From: an uncultured Chloroflexia bacterium
GTDB lineage: Bacteria > Chloroflexota > Anaerolineae > Anaerolineales > UBA11579
Length of the DNA: 64,000 nucleotides
NCBI GenBank assembly: GCA_963797275.1
Contig: CAWCOT010000006.1
Span: forward strand, 163,469 to 227,468
Reading direction: 5' to 3'
Each line of letters begins with the position of its first letter. Position 1 is the stretch's first letter. Both the position numbers and the translations under genes were made by a program. Below, piece by piece: positions 30,006-40,592 of this stretch. A model generated the notes under the pieces. It was not told the DNA's origin, did no database searches, and saw only the letters and a program-made list of their open reading frames with translations.

Positions 30006-30508
30006 ATCGCGCCCAGGCGCGGCAGCCGCATCAAAATGGCATCCTCGCGGTTGTCGCTGTAGTAGCGCTCGCGCCGGGCGATCTCGATAAACCCAAATTC
30101 CTTGTACAAGTTCTGGGCTGCAAGGTTACCAGCCCGCACTTCCAGCGTGGCACTATGCAGGCCCTGTGCCGCAGCGCGGTCAAGAAGATGGGCAAGCAGT
30201 TGCCGCCCCAAACCTCGGCGCCGAAACTCCGCGGCCACGGCGAAATTAGCGATGTGCAGTTCTTCGCCCAGTACCCAACACACGCTGTAGGCCGCAACCT
30301 CGTGCTCATCGCCTTCGGTTTGCGCCTCGATCACCCACTGTTCCGAGGCGGAATTCTCATGCAGTTCAAATTCATAGCTCTTGCGCGTCCACGGCGTGGC
30401 AAAGATGCGCAGTTCCAGAGCAAAGACTCGGTCCAGGTCTTCGCTACTCATACGGCGTACCAGGAATTTCGATTTCCGAAGGGGCTCAGGCTTCACCAGC
30501 ATTTTCAT
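30002..30508 (-). CDS. rimI: ribosomal-protein-alanine N-acetyltransferase
   Basis: GNAT motif RRRGLGRQLLAHLL. Sits next to tsaB and tsaE as in many bacteria. Confidence 0.75.
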   Translation of the reverse strand: MKMLVKPEPLRKSKFLVRRMSSEDLDRVFALELRIFATPWTRKSYEFELHENSASEQWVIEAQTEGDEHEVAAYSVCWVLGEELHIANFAVAAEFRRRGLGRQLLAHLLDRAAAQGLHSATLEVRAGNLAAQNLYKEFGFIEIARRERYYSDNREDAILMRLPRLGAI

Positions 30509-31176
30509 ACGGGCACCGCCTCACCAGTCTGCAGATAAATGGGTGCCAGGCCTTTGGCTTCATCAGTGTCCCCGGCTTGCCAGCGCGCCCAGCCGATTTC
30601 TGCCAATATGCCCGGGCGCCGGACACCCCAGGCTGCCGATTGCAGAATGGCATTTTTGTATTTTCGTCCCAGGACACCGCGATCCTCCTGAGAAATTTCA
30701 CCGCTAATCAAGGTCGGCGAATGAATGCTTTCTGCCAGTTCAGCGGTCGTCATCAGCGTCGGTTGGCCTTCGGCCGTCCAGCGCTCTCGCTTGACTGCAT
30801 AGCGGCCCACTGCCAGGCGGTTGCGACCTGCTTGCAGCACGGCGGCTAGAGGGAGATCCCGCACAGGTTGCCCAGCCGCCAAAACATCCAAAGTAGGCAC
30901 AGCTACCAAGGCCAGGTCATGTGCATAAGCCAGCCCCTTTGCAATGGCCAGGCCGATGCGCAGTCCGGTGTACGAGCCGGGGCCAATAGCCACGGCCACG
31001 GCTTCCAGATTATCCACGCTCAAGCCAACTACATTCAGGGCTCGTTGGATGCCAGGCGCCAATTCAACGCCGTGGTAGCCCGGCCCTGTCCATACGCACT
31101 CATATAGCATGCCGTCACCAGCATAAAGAGCCAGACCGCTGGTTTGCGTGGAGGAGTCAATCGCCAGAAGGGTCAT
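30505..31176 (-). CDS. tsaB: tRNA t6A37 biosynthesis protein TsaB
   Basis: MTLLAIDSSTQTSGLALY and GPGSYTGLRIGLAIAKGLA. Confidence 0.85.
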   Translation of the reverse strand: MTLLAIDSSTQTSGLALYAGDGMLYECVWTGPGYHGVELAPGIQRALNVVGLSVDNLEAVAVAIGPGSYTGLRIGLAIAKGLAYAHDLALVAVPTLDVLAAGQPVRDLPLAAVLQAGRNRLAVGRYAVKRERWTAEGQPTLMTTAELAESIHSPTLISGEISQEDRGVLGRKYKNAILQSAAWGVRRPGILAEIGWARWQAGDTDEAKGLAPIYLQTGEAVPV

Positions 31177-31670
31177 GCCAGACCAAATACCGTTTCTTGC
31201 AAGGAAGCTGCCATAGGCTGGTAGTGATCGCCTTGCGGCGCAATCTCCAGTCGGCGACGATATTCATCCATCCAGAATATCTTGACCCATAATCGCTCGG
31301 ATGGAAGGGCGCGTTCGATGCGTCCGGCCCATTCCACTACCATAGGGCCTTGATTCAGCAATATCTCGAGATCCAGGGCCTCCGCCTCAACTGGGCCTTC
31401 CAAGCGGTAAGCATCCAAGTGGGAAAGCTGGGTGCCGTCCGGACGTTTATATACATTCACCAAAACGAAGGTAGGGCTGGTTACGATATCCGCCGATCCC
31501 CACCCGGCAACGATACCCTGTGCCAAGGTGGTCTTGCCGCTGCCCAGGTCTCCTTCTAGGCAAACTAGATCGCTGGATTTTAGGAGGGCGCCCACCTGCA
31601 TTCCCAACCGGCGGGTCTGCTCGGGACCATTGCTGAACATTTCGAAAGCACCGGCGCGCAGGATGGGCAT
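31173..31670 (-). CDS. tsaE: tRNA t6A37 biosynthesis ATPase TsaE
   Basis: LEGDLGSGKTTLAQGI, SPTFVLVNVY and HLDAYRL. Confidence 0.85.
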   Translation of the reverse strand: MPILRAGAFEMFSNGPEQTRRLGMQVGALLKSSDLVCLEGDLGSGKTTLAQGIVAGWGSADIVTSPTFVLVNVYKRPDGTQLSHLDAYRLEGPVEAEALDLEILLNQGPMVVEWAGRIERALPSERLWVKIFWMDEYRRRLEIAPQGDHYQPMAASLQETVFGLA

Positions 31671-31714
31671 ATAAAGATTATACGCGCCGTATTCGCCCGC
31701 GCGGCCAATCGAGG

Positions 31715-32560
31715 CTATCTACGCGCCAAATACCAATCCAGGAATCTATCCGGCAGCCAACGCATCGCCCAAATGGCAAACGCCGTGCCGCGCCCGGGGG
31801 CATAACGCGTGCGCGGGTGCGCCGCGCTTAGCGCATTTGCCACATCTCGTGCCACTACCTCTGGCAGAACGCCATGCACACCCAGCCTCTCAATGCCACT
31901 TAACATACGTTGCATCCTTGCCCCATACAGAGCCTCGGCTTGCTTGGGCAATTTAGTGCGAGTTCCCCTGGCGGTATCCAGGGACTTTTCCCAGATGGGA
32001 GTGGCGATGGGGCCAGGTTCTACGCTGGCTACGTGCATACCCCACGGGCGCAGTTCACGGCGCAGGCCATCCGTGAAGGCTTCTAGCGCAAATTTAGATG
32101 AAGAATACGGCACCAGGAAGGGACTGGTCACTCTCCCACTAATGGAGCTCATATTCACAATGCGCCCTTTGCCGCTTCGCAGCAGAGGCAGACAGGCCTG
32201 AGTTACTGCGACCTGCCCTATGAAATTAACTTCGTGTTGTCGGCGCAACTCCTCGATCGGAAGGAATTCCATGGGGCCGGCCAAAGCGATACCGGCATTA
32301 TTGACCAGGCCTTGCAGCCCATCCCGGCCGACCGCTTCTTGAATCTGGCGCACGGCCGCGGTGATTTGCCCACGCTCCGTTATATCCAAAGACAGCGGAT
32401 GAATTTCTGGCGAAAGAGCCTTCAGTTTATTGGCGTCAGCCGTTTTGCGTACCCCCGCAAACACGCGCCAACCATATCCCGCCAGATAGATCGCGCAAGC
32501 CTCACCGATGCCCGTTGAAGCCCCGGTGATCAACACACTGTTCTTCTTTTGTGGAACCAT
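31715..32560 (-). CDS. SDR family oxidoreductase
   Basis: VLITGASTGIGEA, NNAG and YSSSKFALE. Confidence 0.85.
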   Translation of the reverse strand: MVPQKKNSVLITGASTGIGEACAIYLAGYGWRVFAGVRKTADANKLKALSPEIHPLSLDITERGQITAAVRQIQEAVGRDGLQGLVNNAGIALAGPMEFLPIEELRRQHEVNFIGQVAVTQACLPLLRSGKGRIVNMSSISGRVTSPFLVPYSSSKFALEAFTDGLRRELRPWGMHVASVEPGPIATPIWEKSLDTARGTRTKLPKQAEALYGARMQRMLSGIERLGVHGVLPEVVARDVANALSAAHPRTRYAPGRGTAFAIWAMRWLPDRFLDWYLARR

Positions 32561-32568
32561 AACAATTT

Positions 32569-33396
32569 CTAGCGTCCCAATCCGGCCATCTCCGCCTTCA
32601 CCGCCTGGTACAGGTTCTCTGCGCGCAACTGATTGAGCGTATAGCAGGGAGATTTGAGGTGCTCCGCCAGAGCATTGGCCAGGCCCTGGTCAAAGGCGGC
32701 GTGTTCCATGTTGATCACTACACTGCGAATATCGTCTTTAGCGATCTGGTCGGCCAGGTTGTGGGCCTCCTTTTGGGGGGCACCGTCCCCCATGGATACG
32801 TTACCCGCCCCATCCGTAAGCAAGATCAGCAGCGGCATTACGTCCGGGTGCAGACGCTTCTCACGCGTTACAACCTCGTACGCCAGCAGCAACCCGGCCG
32901 ATAGCGGCGTCTTTCCGCCCACCGGGATATCCGCCAGGGCCCGCTGGGCCAGTTGTACGGAGCTGGTAGGCGGCAGTATCAGGTTAGCGCGGTCTTTCTG
33001 GAAGACGATCAACCCCACTCGGTCTCGCCGCTGATAAGCGTCCGTCAACAACGACAGGATGGCGCCCTTAGTGGCCGACATGCGCTCGGCGACGGCCATG
33101 GACCACGAAGCATCCACGACGAACATCACCAGGTTGGCAGCCCGCTTGACGCGCACCTTGCGCTGCAAGTCCTGGTGTTGGATGGCGAAAGCGACTTCCT
33201 CGCGCTGCTCGGCGCGCTCTTTCTGGTGCGGCGCGGCTGCCCGGAATGTGGCGTCGAAGGCAATGTCACTCAGGTCGTCTCCCGCCGGGCGCGATTGAAT
33301 ATAGCGGCCACGTTTGCGCTCTGTATGCGTGCGCGAACGTCGTCCGCCCTGCCGTCGGGTGACCTTATCCAGGGGGTTGTCTAGCTTACGCGGCAC
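32569..33396 (-). CDS. VWA domain protein (Mg-chelatase D-subunit C-terminal-like); start uncertain
   Basis: MIDAS motif VVDASWSM, then GGKTPL and LLTDGAGN. The frame stays open upstream with no start codon as far as an A9 run at 33533-33541. Confidence 0.75.
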   Translation of the reverse strand: MPRKLDNPLDKVTRRQGGRRSRTHTERKRGRYIQSRPAGDDLSDIAFDATFRAAAPHQKERAEQREEVAFAIQHQDLQRKVRVKRAANLVMFVVDASWSMAVAERMSATKGAILSLLTDAYQRRDRVGLIVFQKDRANLILPPTSSVQLAQRALADIPVGGKTPLSAGLLLAYEVVTREKRLHPDVMPLLILLTDGAGNVSMGDGAPQKEAHNLADQIAKDDIRSVVINMEHAAFDQGLANALAEHLKSPCYTLNQLRAENLYQAVKAEMAGLGR

Positions 33397-33524
33397 AAAG
33401 GGGCGACTGGCTTTGACCTGCTGGCCGCCTTCCCACCAGCGGGCCGAGCCGCTGTCGAAAACATCTTGCGGGCCGGGTTCCGCGGTGCGGTCCTTTGGCT
33501 CGGCATCGCTAAGTTGCTGTTGGT

Positions 33525-34638
33525 CTAGGCCTTTTTTTTTACAGGCTCTTTTTCGTCGTTCTGGTCTTCTTCTTGCGCTTCGGTTTCGCCCTGTGCATCC
33601 GCATCCTTTTGCATCTCGGCAATGCGTTCCTGCAGTTCGGTAACCGTCATCTCACTCTGGTAAAAGGGGCCGCGCTTGATGCGGTGCGTCAGCGCCAGTT
33701 CGGCCGCAATGGCAATATCCATGTCGGTGATCGCCTTGCGCCCATCGAAGGCTGCCTGAGCCCGCGCCGTCTTTAAGGATCACCAAGTCACCACGGTGGC
33801 CGTCAACCTGCAACGAAGAGGTCAGCGCGGCTATGGAAACCAGATCGCGTGACGAATAGCCGACCTTCTCTACCATTTGGCGTGCCGCAATGATCTTCTC
33901 GGCAAGCTCCTGTTCTTTGGGTTGCCATTCCTTATAGAAGGCTTCAGGGTCGCTTTCGAACTTGATGTTGCGCTCCATAATCTGCACCCGCTGGCGCGCA
34001 TCCCGGATGCCGTGCATTTCCACTGCCAGGGCAAAGCGGTCCAACAGCTGGGGACGCAGGTCACCCTCTTCGGGGTTCATCGTGCCGATCAAAATAAAGC
34101 GCGCTGGGTGGCTGAATGAAATACCCTCGCGTTCGACGATGTTCACGCCCATGGCCGCAGAATCCAGCAGCAGGTCCACCACATGGTCATCCAGTAAATT
34201 GACCTCGTCGATGTACAGCAAGCCGCGGTTTGCCGCGGCCAACACTCCCGGTTCAAAGTGCTTCTCGCCCTTTTGGATGGCGCGCTCGATGTCCAGTGTG
34301 CCAACCACGCGATCTTCGGTAGCGCTTACAGGCAAGTCGATGAAACTGATTTTGCGCTTGGCTACTTTCAGCTCGCTGCCTGCCGCCTTGCGCTCTTTCG
34401 CCCAGTCGGACCAGGTATCCGGACTATGGGGGTCATCGTTGAATGGCGACTCGGCGAAGACCTCGATCTCGGGCAGCAGGGCAGCCATGGCGCGCGCCGC
34501 CGTCGATTTGGCCGTACCGCGTTCCCCGCGAATCAATACACCGCCGATGCGCAAATCAACGGCATTGAGGATCAGGGAGCGTTTCATGCGCTCCTGGCCA
34601 ACGATAGCCGTAAAAGGGTAGATGGTTCTGAGGTTCAT
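33525..34638 (-). CDS. ChlI/BchI-like AAA+ ATPase, apparent 1-nt frameshift near 33772-33776
   Basis: FTAIVGQERMKRSL, Walker A GERGTAKST and Walker B LLYIDEVNLL. After LVILK the adjacent frame reads TARAQAAFDGRKAITDMDIAIAAELALTHR, continuing into ORF 33525..33722. Confidence 0.8.
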
Positions 34639-34799
34639 GGATGTTAGCCCGCTACTTCAGGCAACGTTCGGTATGTTATCACAGGCACAATCTTACTTGC
34701 ACAGGGCGCTTGGACGTCTTCTTCATTAACGACGTGGGGACTCTTGAAGTTTTTCCCGGTTATAATAGCGCCCATCTTGTAACTGGAGTTAATAATTTA

Positions 34800-36263
34800 A
34801 TGGAGCAAAACGAGATCCCCCACGAGGGGGAACAGGCTGAACCGAAAGCCACGGAGGCAAACCATTCGGTAAATGACCTGACAATGGAACAATTGCTGGA
34901 ACAGGGGGACCTGAATCTGGAATTACCCAAACCCGGCGAAGTGGTCACCGGGGTGATCGCGGGCATAACCAACGATGAGGTAATGGTAAGTATTGGCGCC
35001 AAGTCTGAGGGCGTCATCCCTTCACGCGAACTTCAGCAGCTTAGCGATGATGAACATGCAAATTTGAAGGTTGGGCAGGAGATACAGGTCTACGTTGTAG
35101 GTTTCGACGCAGGCAAAGGCATCATGCAGCTCTCCTACACCCGTTCAATGGAAGACGATGACTGGGCTAGCGCTGAAGAACTGCTGAAGTCAAAGGAGAC
35201 TTACGAAGGTGAGATTGCCGGCCACAACAAGGGCGGTCTCATCGTGCGCATGGGCCGCTTGCGCGGCTTTGTGCCTGCGTCGCAAGTCAGCCAGGCCCGC
35301 CGCATGCAATACAAAGGGGACACCCCTGAACAGCGCTGGGGCGAGATGAACGGTCAGAAATTGACTGGCCGCGTTATTGAGGTGGACCGCGAACGCCGTC
35401 GTCTCATCCTCTCCGAACGGGCTGCCGCACAGGAAACACGCGAAGCCCTCAAGGATCGCTTGCTTACCGAGATCAGCATCGGCGAAACTCGCAAGGGGCG
35501 CGTCACCAGCATCGCAGATTTTGGCGCCTTTGTGAACATCAATGGCGCCGACGGCTTGGTGCACCTTTCCGAGCTGTCCTGGGAGCGCATTGACCATCCC
35601 GGCCAAATGCTTAAAGTGGGCGACGAGGTCCAAGTCAAGGTGATCAGCATCGACCAGGATCGAAAGCGCATCGGTCTTTCTATCCGCCAGTTGCAGTCTG
35701 ACCCTTGGGAGGAACACGTCAACGAGTACAAAGTGGGCCAGTTGGTGGAAGGCACCATCACCCGCCTGGTGAAGTTCGGTGCTTTTGCCCGGCTGGACGA
35801 TTACATTGAGGGCCTGGTGCACATTTCGGAACTAAGCGAAGAGCGCATTGAGCATCCCAAGGAAGTTGTGCAAGAAGGCGATAAGGTGGCTTTGCGCATA
35901 ATCCGCATCGAACCCGATAAGCGCCGCATTGGCCTTTCGCTGCGCAAGGTAGATTCGGCCCAATTTAGCGACCAGGACTATGAAGCCGCAATGGCTGAAG
36001 CCGGCTTGTCCGCTGAAGATAACCAACAGCCTGCTGCTGAGACCCGCGCCGAAGCCCCGGAGGCAGAGGTCGTTTCAGAAGAGCAGCCGGAGGTCATGGC
36101 CGCTGAAACGCCCAAAGCTCCTGAAGCGGAAGCATCCACCGAGCCTGAGACGGAAGTCGCCACAGAAGAACAACCTGTAGCCATGGCCGAAGAAACGCCC
36201 GAAGCTCCTGAAGCGGAAGCCTCCGAAAGCGAACGAGAGCCTGTCGAGGCCAAAGAGGAATAA
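34800..36263 (+). CDS. rpsA: 30S ribosomal protein S1 with an acidic repeat tail
   Basis: Multiple S1 domains (GEVVTGVI..., GHNKGGLIV, GRVTSIADFGAFV, GTITRLVKFGAFA). Start taken at MEQNEIP, because the longer track ORF has a non-protein-like N-terminus. Confidence 0.85.
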   Translation: MEQNEIPHEGEQAEPKATEANHSVNDLTMEQLLEQGDLNLELPKPGEVVTGVIAGITNDEVMVSIGAKSEGVIPSRELQQLSDDEHANLKVGQEIQVYVVGFDAGKGIMQLSYTRSMEDDDWASAEELLKSKETYEGEIAGHNKGGLIVRMGRLRGFVPASQVSQARRMQYKGDTPEQRWGEMNGQKLTGRVIEVDRERRRLILSERAAAQETREALKDRLLTEISIGETRKGRVTSIADFGAFVNINGADGLVHLSELSWERIDHPGQMLKVGDEVQVKVISIDQDRKRIGLSIRQLQSDPWEEHVNEYKVGQLVEGTITRLVKFGAFARLDDYIEGLVHISELSEERIEHPKEVVQEGDKVALRIIRIEPDKRRIGLSLRKVDSAQFSDQDYEAAMAEAGLSAEDNQQPAAETRAEAPEAEVVSEEQPEVMAAETPKAPEAEASTEPETEVATEEQPVAMAEETPEAPEAEASESEREPVEAKEE

Positions 36264-36282
36264 GCAGAACTGCTTTTATGGG

Positions 36283-36314
36283 AAAAGAGCGCGCCAAGAC
36301 CGCGCGCTTTTTTT
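36283..36314 (+). terminator. rho-independent terminator after rpsA
   Basis: AGCGCGC-caagacc-GCGCGCT followed by TTTTTTT. Confidence 0.8.
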
Positions 36315-36322
36315 ATCCAAGG

Positions 36323-37843
36323 ATGACTCAAATGGAAAAGAAAAAGCCAGGCAAGCATCGTCAAGTAGGCATCCTGTTGCTGATTGCGGCGATATTCGTT
36401 GTTAACTCCGCTCTTTTACTTGCTTCGCGCGACTCTTATCCCACCCAGCTAGACTTCCTGGGCAATGCGATCTGGATAGTCAATAGCCTCATCTTTGCCG
36501 TTGTCGGCGGCCTGATCCTGATGCGCCAGCGCCGTCATATTATCGGTTGGCTGCTAATGATCCTTCCGATCATGGTTACTATCAGCTCGATATTGGATTT
36601 CTTTCTAAAACAACGCACGATCAACTCGGTGCAGCTAGATATCTGGGGGTTTTTATATCTCTGGTTCGGCGGTTGGTCCTGGTGGCTTTTAATCGGTCCT
36701 CTGTTGCTCATCTTCCTCCTCTATCCTACGGGTCATTTATGGTCGAAGAGCTGGCGCTGGGTCGCTTTCCTTTTGGCTGCCACTTTCCTGCTGTTCCTTT
36801 TCGTCGAAACATTCACAGTTACTGCAGAAACGATTGACAGCGCACTAACTTGGCCTAATCCCATTGGATTTCTCTCCGAGGACAGCGCCGCCCTCCTCCT
36901 GAGCATCATGCCACCCATGCTAATCGTAGCCGTCATCGCATCCGTGGCCTCGATATTTGTTCGCTATCGCAATGCGCAGGCAATCGAGCGTGCCCAAATC
37001 CGCTGGCTGTTCTCGGCCGGCGCGTTTTTCATGGTCGTCTATCTGCCTGCATTTATCATGGAGGACCAATCTATTTGGAGTTCTTTGTTTGGAATGTTGT
37101 TTATCTTTGGGGTCGCAACAGTCCCCATCGCCATCGGCATCGCCATTTTGCGCTATCGCCTGTGGGATATCGACGTGGTCATCAATCGCTCCCTGGTGTA
37201 CGCCGTGCTCACCACGCTGCTGGCCAGCATCTTTGCCGGCACGGCCGCATTGCTGGCCCAGATTGCCAAGGCGGCGTTCGGTACAGGCATGGAGCAGGCC
37301 GCTGCCGCCGTCGCCGCCATCATCGTCGCCAGCCTCTTTCAACCTTTGCGTACCTGGGTGGAGAATGGCATCAATCGCCGCCTGTTCCCAGAAAACATCG
37401 ACCTGACTCAAGGCTTGATCGAGCTCAACCCGGACCTGTGGAGTTGGATTGGCCTCCCAAAGATCCTGGAAGCTACATTGGACCATTTGCAATCCATATA
37501 CGCCGCTGAAAGAACTGCTATTTTTCTAAAACAAGGCGACGGATATAAACCCGTGGCCGCCAAAGGGATATCAAAAGCGGCTCTTTCCGATTTCAAACCT
37601 AACCAGGCTCAACACAATCAACTGGCGCTCAAACAAGGCTTTGTCTCCGAAAATGACAAGGCCTTTCCGGTTACCGTTCCCATCTATTTGGCTCGCCGCA
37701 AAGGTCCCGAATTGCTTGGGGTGCTGCGCATGGGCGGGCGACCCAAGGGCCGCGGTTATTCAGGAGATGACATCAAGACCTTAGCCGGTTTTGGGGGCAA
37801 ACTAGGGCAGCCCATATACGTACTTTCGTCAGCCAAGAAATAA
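36323..37843 (+). CDS. multi-pass membrane protein with a C-terminal GAF-like domain
   Basis: About 10 hydrophobic segments. The soluble tail is ILEATLDHLQSIYAAERTAIFLKQGDGYKP...LLGVLRMGG. Start placed after the rpsA terminator. Confidence 0.6.
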   Translation: MTQMEKKKPGKHRQVGILLLIAAIFVVNSALLLASRDSYPTQLDFLGNAIWIVNSLIFAVVGGLILMRQRRHIIGWLLMILPIMVTISSILDFFLKQRTINSVQLDIWGFLYLWFGGWSWWLLIGPLLLIFLLYPTGHLWSKSWRWVAFLLAATFLLFLFVETFTVTAETIDSALTWPNPIGFLSEDSAALLLSIMPPMLIVAVIASVASIFVRYRNAQAIERAQIRWLFSAGAFFMVVYLPAFIMEDQSIWSSLFGMLFIFGVATVPIAIGIAILRYRLWDIDVVINRSLVYAVLTTLLASIFAGTAALLAQIAKAAFGTGMEQAAAAVAAIIVASLFQPLRTWVENGINRRLFPENIDLTQGLIELNPDLWSWIGLPKILEATLDHLQSIYAAERTAIFLKQGDGYKPVAAKGISKAALSDFKPNQAQHNQLALKQGFVSENDKAFPVTVPIYLARRKGPELLGVLRMGGRPKGRGYSGDDIKTLAGFGGKLGQPIYVLSSAKK

Positions 37844-37979
37844 CCTGTTTCCCATTATTAATCTGCGGCTCCGCTGGACAAGACGGAATTTGGTAGAATC
37901 ATCTTGTTGCTGGTCAGGCAGTACTGAGCGATCAGTGCTGCTTTTTCAAACCAGGATCGGAGCGTACAACGTGGCAGGA

Positions 37980-40490
37980 ATGGATCGCCTAACTCAAAGG
38001 GCACGCCGTGTGCTGAGCCTCGCCCATCACGAGGCCGAGCGCATGCATCACAATTACATCGGCACCGAACATTTGCTGCTCGGCTTGATTCGCGAGGAAG
38101 GCGGTGTGGCTGCGCGCGTGCTGCGCGAGTTGGGCCTGGAAGCGGGCCGCGTGGAGGAGATCGTCGAGCGCCTTACCGGCGCCGGCCAGCACGAGGGCGG
38201 CAAAATTGACCTCTCCCCAGGAACCCAGCAGGTGCTGGAATTTGCCTTCGAGGAAGCCCGCCGCCTGGGTAACCACTACGTCAGCACCGAACACCTGTTA
38301 TTAGGCCTGGTTCGCTATGGCGAGGGCATTGCCCTCAACGTATTGCGCAAATTGGGCGTTTCCCCCGAACAGATTCGCCGCCAGACCCGCCGCGTGCTGC
38401 AAGAAAGCAGCGCCCCGCGTCGTAGCTCTTCCAACCCGGAACGCCGCACCACTCGCCGCGAATCGCATTCCGCCAAGACGCCCATGATTGACCAGTTGGC
38501 ACTCGATCTGACCACTCAAGCCGAAGAAGATAAGCTCGACCCGGTCATCGGCCGCGAGACCGAAATTGAACGCGTTATCCAGATTCTAGCTCGCCGCAAC
38601 AAGAACAATCCTGCCCTGATCGGCGAACCTGGTGTTGGCAAAACCGCCATCGTTGAAGGCTTGGCCCAACGCATCGTTAATGGCGATGTGCCGGCCCCGC
38701 TGTTGGGAAAGCGCGTGCTACAACTGGACGTTGGCTCCCTGGTGGCTGGCACCATGTACCGCGGCCAATTCGAAGAGCGCCTTAAGAAGGTCATTGACGA
38801 ACTCAAGGCCTCCGATGCTATTCTGTTTATCGACGAGGCTCACATGCTTGTAGGAGCCGGCGCTGCCGGCTCCTCCGTGGATGCCGCCAACATTCTCAAG
38901 CCGGCTCTGTCGCGCGGCGAGCTGCAGGTTATCGGCGCCACCACGCTGGATGAGTACCGCAAGTACATCGAAAGCGACTCTGCTCTAGAGCGACGCTTCC
39001 AGCCGGTGCTGGTAGACGAGCCCACGGTCGAAGAGACCATTGATATTTTGCGCGGTGTGCGCCCCGCCTATGAGGAGCATCACCGACTGCGCATTTCTGA
39101 CGACGCCCTGGAAGCTGCCGCGCGGCTCTCCGCCCGCTATGTTTCCGACCGATTCCTCCCCGACAAGGCTATTGACCTCATTGACGAATCGGCCTCCCGC
39201 GTGCGCATGTACAAGAGCCCTGCAGCCAAGGAAGCCAAAGCCCTAACCGAGCAACTCAAGGATTTGCGCCGCCAACGCTTGGAGGCCGACGACGATGGCC
39301 GCGAGGAAGAAAGCGAGACCATCCAGGCCCAGGAAACAGAACTTGAAACCAAGCTTGAAGCCCTACGCACCACCTGGGACCGCGATAACAGTCCCTTAGT
39401 GGGCGTGGACGACATTGCCGAATTGATCTCCATGTGGACTGGCGTGCCAGTCATGCAGATCGCTCAGGAAGAAACCGAGCGCCTGCTGCACATGGAAGAA
39501 GAATTGCACAAAGCCATCGTGGGCCAGAACGAGGCCATTGATGCCATTTCCAAAGCCGTGCGCCGTGCTCGCGCAGGCCTCAAGGACCCCAAGCGCCCCA
39601 TTGGATCCTTCATTTTCCTGGGCCCCACCGGCGTCGGCAAGACCGAACTGACCAAGGCCCTGGCCATGTTCCTTTTCGGCAGCGAAGAAGCCCTCATCCA
39701 GTTGGACATGTCCGAGTTCATGGAGCGCCACTCCGTGAGTCGCCTGGTAGGCGCCCCTCCCGGTTACGTTGGCTATGAGGATGCCGGCCAGCTCACCGAG
39801 GCCCTGCGTCGCCGCCCGTACTCCATCGTCGTCTTCGACGAAGTGGAGAAGGCCCACCCTGAAGCCCACAACATGCTGCTGCAGATCATGGAAGAGGGCC
39901 ACCTCTCCGATGCCCGCGGCCGCAAGGTGGACTTCCGCAACGCCATCATCGTCATGACTTCCAACGTGGGCGCTGACATGATTATGCGCCGCGGCGAGAT
40001 GGGCTTCCAACTTAAGGCCGACGAGGATTTAGAAGAACAGATTGCCTACAAGGATATGCGCAAGAAGCTTACCGATGCGCTCAAGCGCGTCTTCCGCCCC
40101 GAGTTCATCAACCGGGTCGATTCGGTAATCATCTTCCGCTCGCTCAACAAAGAGAATCTACGCCAGATCGTCAACCTCGAGATCGAAAAGGTAGGCAGCC
40201 GCTTGGAGGACCATCAGGTAATCCTCCAGCCCACAGACGCCGCCCTGGATTTGCTTTCCGAGCTGGGCTATGACCGCGAGTATGGCGCCCGCCCGCTGAA
40301 GCGTGTGATCCAGAACAAGATCGAGGACCCTCTATCCGACGCCTTGCTGAACGGCGAATTCAAAGATGGCGACACCGTGGTCATCGACGCCGAGGTCGGC
40401 GAGGAGCAGCCCGAAGTAGTGCTGCGCAAGGGCCGTAAGCCCCGCAAGAAGAACGCGGCCCCGCCGGCTGCGGCTATTGCCGCAAACTAG
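37980..40490 (+). CDS. clpC: ATP-dependent Clp protease ATP-binding subunit ClpC
   Basis: Clp_N repeats ([13 protein letters not shown] twice), two AAA+ modules ([13 protein letters not shown] and [14 protein letters not shown]), and the [10 protein letters not shown] sensor. Confidence 0.9.
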   Translation: MDRLTQRARRVLSLAHHEAERMHHNYIGTEHLLLGLIREEGGVAARVLRELGLEAGRVEEIVERLTGAGQHEGGKIDLSPGTQQVLEFAFEEARRLGNHYVSTEHLLLGLVRYGEGIALNVLRKLGVSPEQIRRQTRRVLQESSAPRRSSSNPERRTTRRESHSAKTPMIDQLALDLTTQAEEDKLDPVIGRETEIERVIQILARRNKNNPALIGEPGVGKTAIVEGLAQRIVNGDVPAPLLGKRVLQLDVGSLVAGTMYRGQFEERLKKVIDELKASDAILFIDEAHMLVGAGAAGSSVDAANILKPALSRGELQVIGATTLDEYRKYIESDSALERRFQPVLVDEPTVEETIDILRGVRPAYEEHHRLRISDDALEAAARLSARYVSDRFLPDKAIDLIDESASRVRMYKSPAAKEAKALTEQLKDLRRQRLEADDDGREEESETIQAQETELETKLEALRTTWDRDNSPLVGVDDIAELISMWTGVPVMQIAQEETERLLHMEEELHKAIVGQNEAIDAISKAVRRARAGLKDPKRPIGSFIFLGPTGVGKTELTKALAMFLFGSEEALIQLDMSEFMERHSVSRLVGAPPGYVGYEDAGQLTEALRRRPYSIVVFDEVEKAHPEAHNMLLQIMEEGHLSDARGRKVDFRNAIIVMTSNVGADMIMRRGEMGFQLKADEDLEEQIAYKDMRKKLTDALKRVFRPEFINRVDSVIIFRSLNKENLRQIVNLEIEKVGSRLEDHQVILQPTDAALDLLSELGYDREYGARPLKRVIQNKIEDPLSDALLNGEFKDGDTVVIDAEVGEEQPEVVLRKGRKPRKKNAAPPAAAIAAN

Positions 40491-40545
40491 CTCGATAAAA
40501 AGAGCGCCTCGAAGGCGCTCTTTTTTTTATCGAGAACGTCCCAAT
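40491..40545 (+). terminator. rho-independent terminator after clpC
   Basis: CTCGATAAAAAGAGCGCC-tcga-AGGCGCTCTTTTTTTTATCGAG, a long perfect hairpin with a T-run. Confidence 0.85.
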
Positions 40546-40592
40546 AGCCTTGCAACATTTGTCACTGGTTCGCCCTTCCCCCTTGCGCGAAA

